A stretch of DNA of 59,811 nucleotides, filler included, from Squatina squatina (lineage: Eukaryota), in NCBI GenBank assembly GCA_031763465.1. It is 3 parts of 3 records of this genome, joined end to end, with 100 filler letters (N's around TTAATTAATTAA, not from the genome) between each part and the next. Parts side by side here need not be neighbours in the genome. Positions count along the whole stretch, not along the records: positions 44,223 to 59,811 come from JARFOE010000016.1; 2 more parts are not named here. The stretch is one strand, 5' to 3'. Shown piece by piece: positions 58,153-59,811 of the stretch. Numbering within the stretch: the first letter of the stretch is position 1; each line of letters begins with the position of its first letter. Both the position numbers and the translations under genes were made by a program. The notes beneath the pieces were generated by a model. That model saw nothing but the letters and a program-made list of their open reading frames with translations, was not told where the DNA came from and did not search any database.

Positions 58153-59222
58153 TTTGTGAAATGATTAAGAACAATATATTATGTAAATCCCACAATGTGA
58201 TATTGTAGCATTTATTGTTTAGGACTTGCTCATTAATGAAGAAATTACTTAACCATCATTACAACTAGCTTTTATATGATTCCAAATGCAGCATTATTTT
58301 TCTTTATTAGATAAGCTGGTGTAAGCGCAGAGAATTGTCTTGCTGCACAACATTTATAGATTGCAGTCTCTAAACTAATTGTCAGTTGTGGAGCATGCCT
58401 ACAGGCTCGGCCAGCAATAAGAATTATATCTATTTTCATNNNNNNNNNNNNNNNNNNNNNNNNNNNNNNNNNNNNNNNNNNNNNNNNNNNNNNNNNNNNN
58501 NNNNNNNNNNNNNNNNNNNNNNNNNNNNNNNNNNNNNNNAATTAAAAAGATTTACAAAGAACATAAAGGATCTGCCACTTACTTGTTTGTTTGTTAAAAT
58601 ATCTTTTTTAAGGAAGTGTCTTAATTTCCATATTATTTGCCTTTCACAATTCCAGATTTCACACTTTTGGGGAATTTTCCACTATCTTCTTAGTGCACAA
58701 AAATGTACCTCCAAGGTACCTTGGAAAATGCCACACCATTGACTGAGTTTGTCAGAATTAAAGGCTTAAAATTAATCATTCCATTACACGCCGTTTACTG
58801 TTCCAAAAGACTGCAAAGCTTTTGTGGACAAACCAAAAGCAGCTTAAAGCTTTCAACAAACAAGAAATAAATTGCTTCAGTGTCTGGATGTAAACCACCA
58901 AAGACAGAGATACATTTAAGAAACATAATAGAGAAACCTTCTGCAATTTTTCATGCCATTACCAACAGCATTTGAAGTCTCTCAGCTGCCCTACAACAGT
59001 GAGGGCAACAAATGATATAGACCAACTGCAGGCTCTCAGAATCTGTTAGTGGCTCTAACATAGACTGATTAAATTTTCTTCTCATCTCTTTATTTGTCCT
59101 ACATCTATACCAAAACAATCTTTTCTTGGCTACGTGTTGCCCAGACGTAACATTCTATTGGTACAAGCTTTGCATTCAACTCAGTATTGTCTCAGTGTTG
59201 GTACTGGACTGGTGGACTCTCT

Positions 59223-59811
59223 GGGGGAGAAATTGGGGTCGTTTGTGCCTCCCATTAGCACCCCTACTAATGGCACTAATGACTTTTCACCTGGGAGGGG
59301 GGCCGCTGATGATTCCCGTTAAATTCCACATGAATTTAGCTGCAGCGGTAACCGGTAGCACCCCACTCTGCTGCGCCGGCGATGACAACGCCATCAACGT
59401 GCGCAGTGACCCATTTTTGTCCCGGAGCAAAAATTCAGCGTCGTCCCTCTGAAGCTGTGCCAGGCAAAGCCAGCGACAGCTTCAGGGGATGCTACATAGC
59501 GGGCGGCCACTTTCAGGGCGCTAGTTAAAGGGGAATTCGATGATGGCGTATGCACAGCAATACCCTGTCATAAGCTTTGCAAAAGACCCCGCAAGAGCTG
59601 TGCATGAACTGCCCGAAAAATCACTTTCGCTAGTGCAATGTTGGCCTATTGCCCAGCAAAACCCCTACACCTGGTAAAAGCAGGCCAAGAGTCTGCTTTC
59701 ATCAGCGTAAGGGTTAATATAAATGTTAAATTAAAATAAAAAAGTTAAAAATCATCCACATTTATAATTAGTTTTTGTAAATTTTGACCCAGATTAAAAT
59801 GTTGAAAATTA
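59223..59811. mobile_element. Left arm of a GC-rich DNA transposon/MITE
   Basis: Starts GGGGGAGAAATTGG, like other termini in the window; the right end is not seen. Confidence 0.5.

Overview
This is vertebrate genomic DNA, most likely a cartilaginous fish (shark-type CR1, L2, RTE, Tx1 and Penelope retroelements, DeuSINE- and LF-SINE-like SINEs, Harbinger transposons), from a gappy draft assembly. Two TTAATTAATTAA spacers embedded in N runs (30311-30322, 44167-44178) appear to join three independent scaffolds. Segment 1 (1-30266) is a repeat-rich replication-dependent histone cluster interleaved with C2H2 zinc-finger genes and pseudogenes. It holds an intact divergent H1, an H2A pseudogene, a partial second H2A, an H2B 3' end, two orphan histone stem-loops whose genes sit in gaps, an isolated PEX5-like exon with a nonsense codon, and two minisatellites. 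Segment 2 (30367-44122) carries five recognisable minus-strand exons of RIPOR3/FAM65C. Segment 3 (44223-59811) has no recognisable host exon; it holds Harbinger transposase remnants, MITE-like elements and SINE/LINE fragments. The strongest leads are minimal hammerhead-ribozyme motifs in Penelope-like termini, a LINE that appears to start with a tRNA-derived Pol III head and shares both ends with a SINE, inverted duplicate H2B-H2A units with a conserved spacer element, the H1 variant, and the orphan PEX5 exon. All identifications come from reading the sequence and recalled family motifs; no searches were run, and repeat boundaries are approximate.
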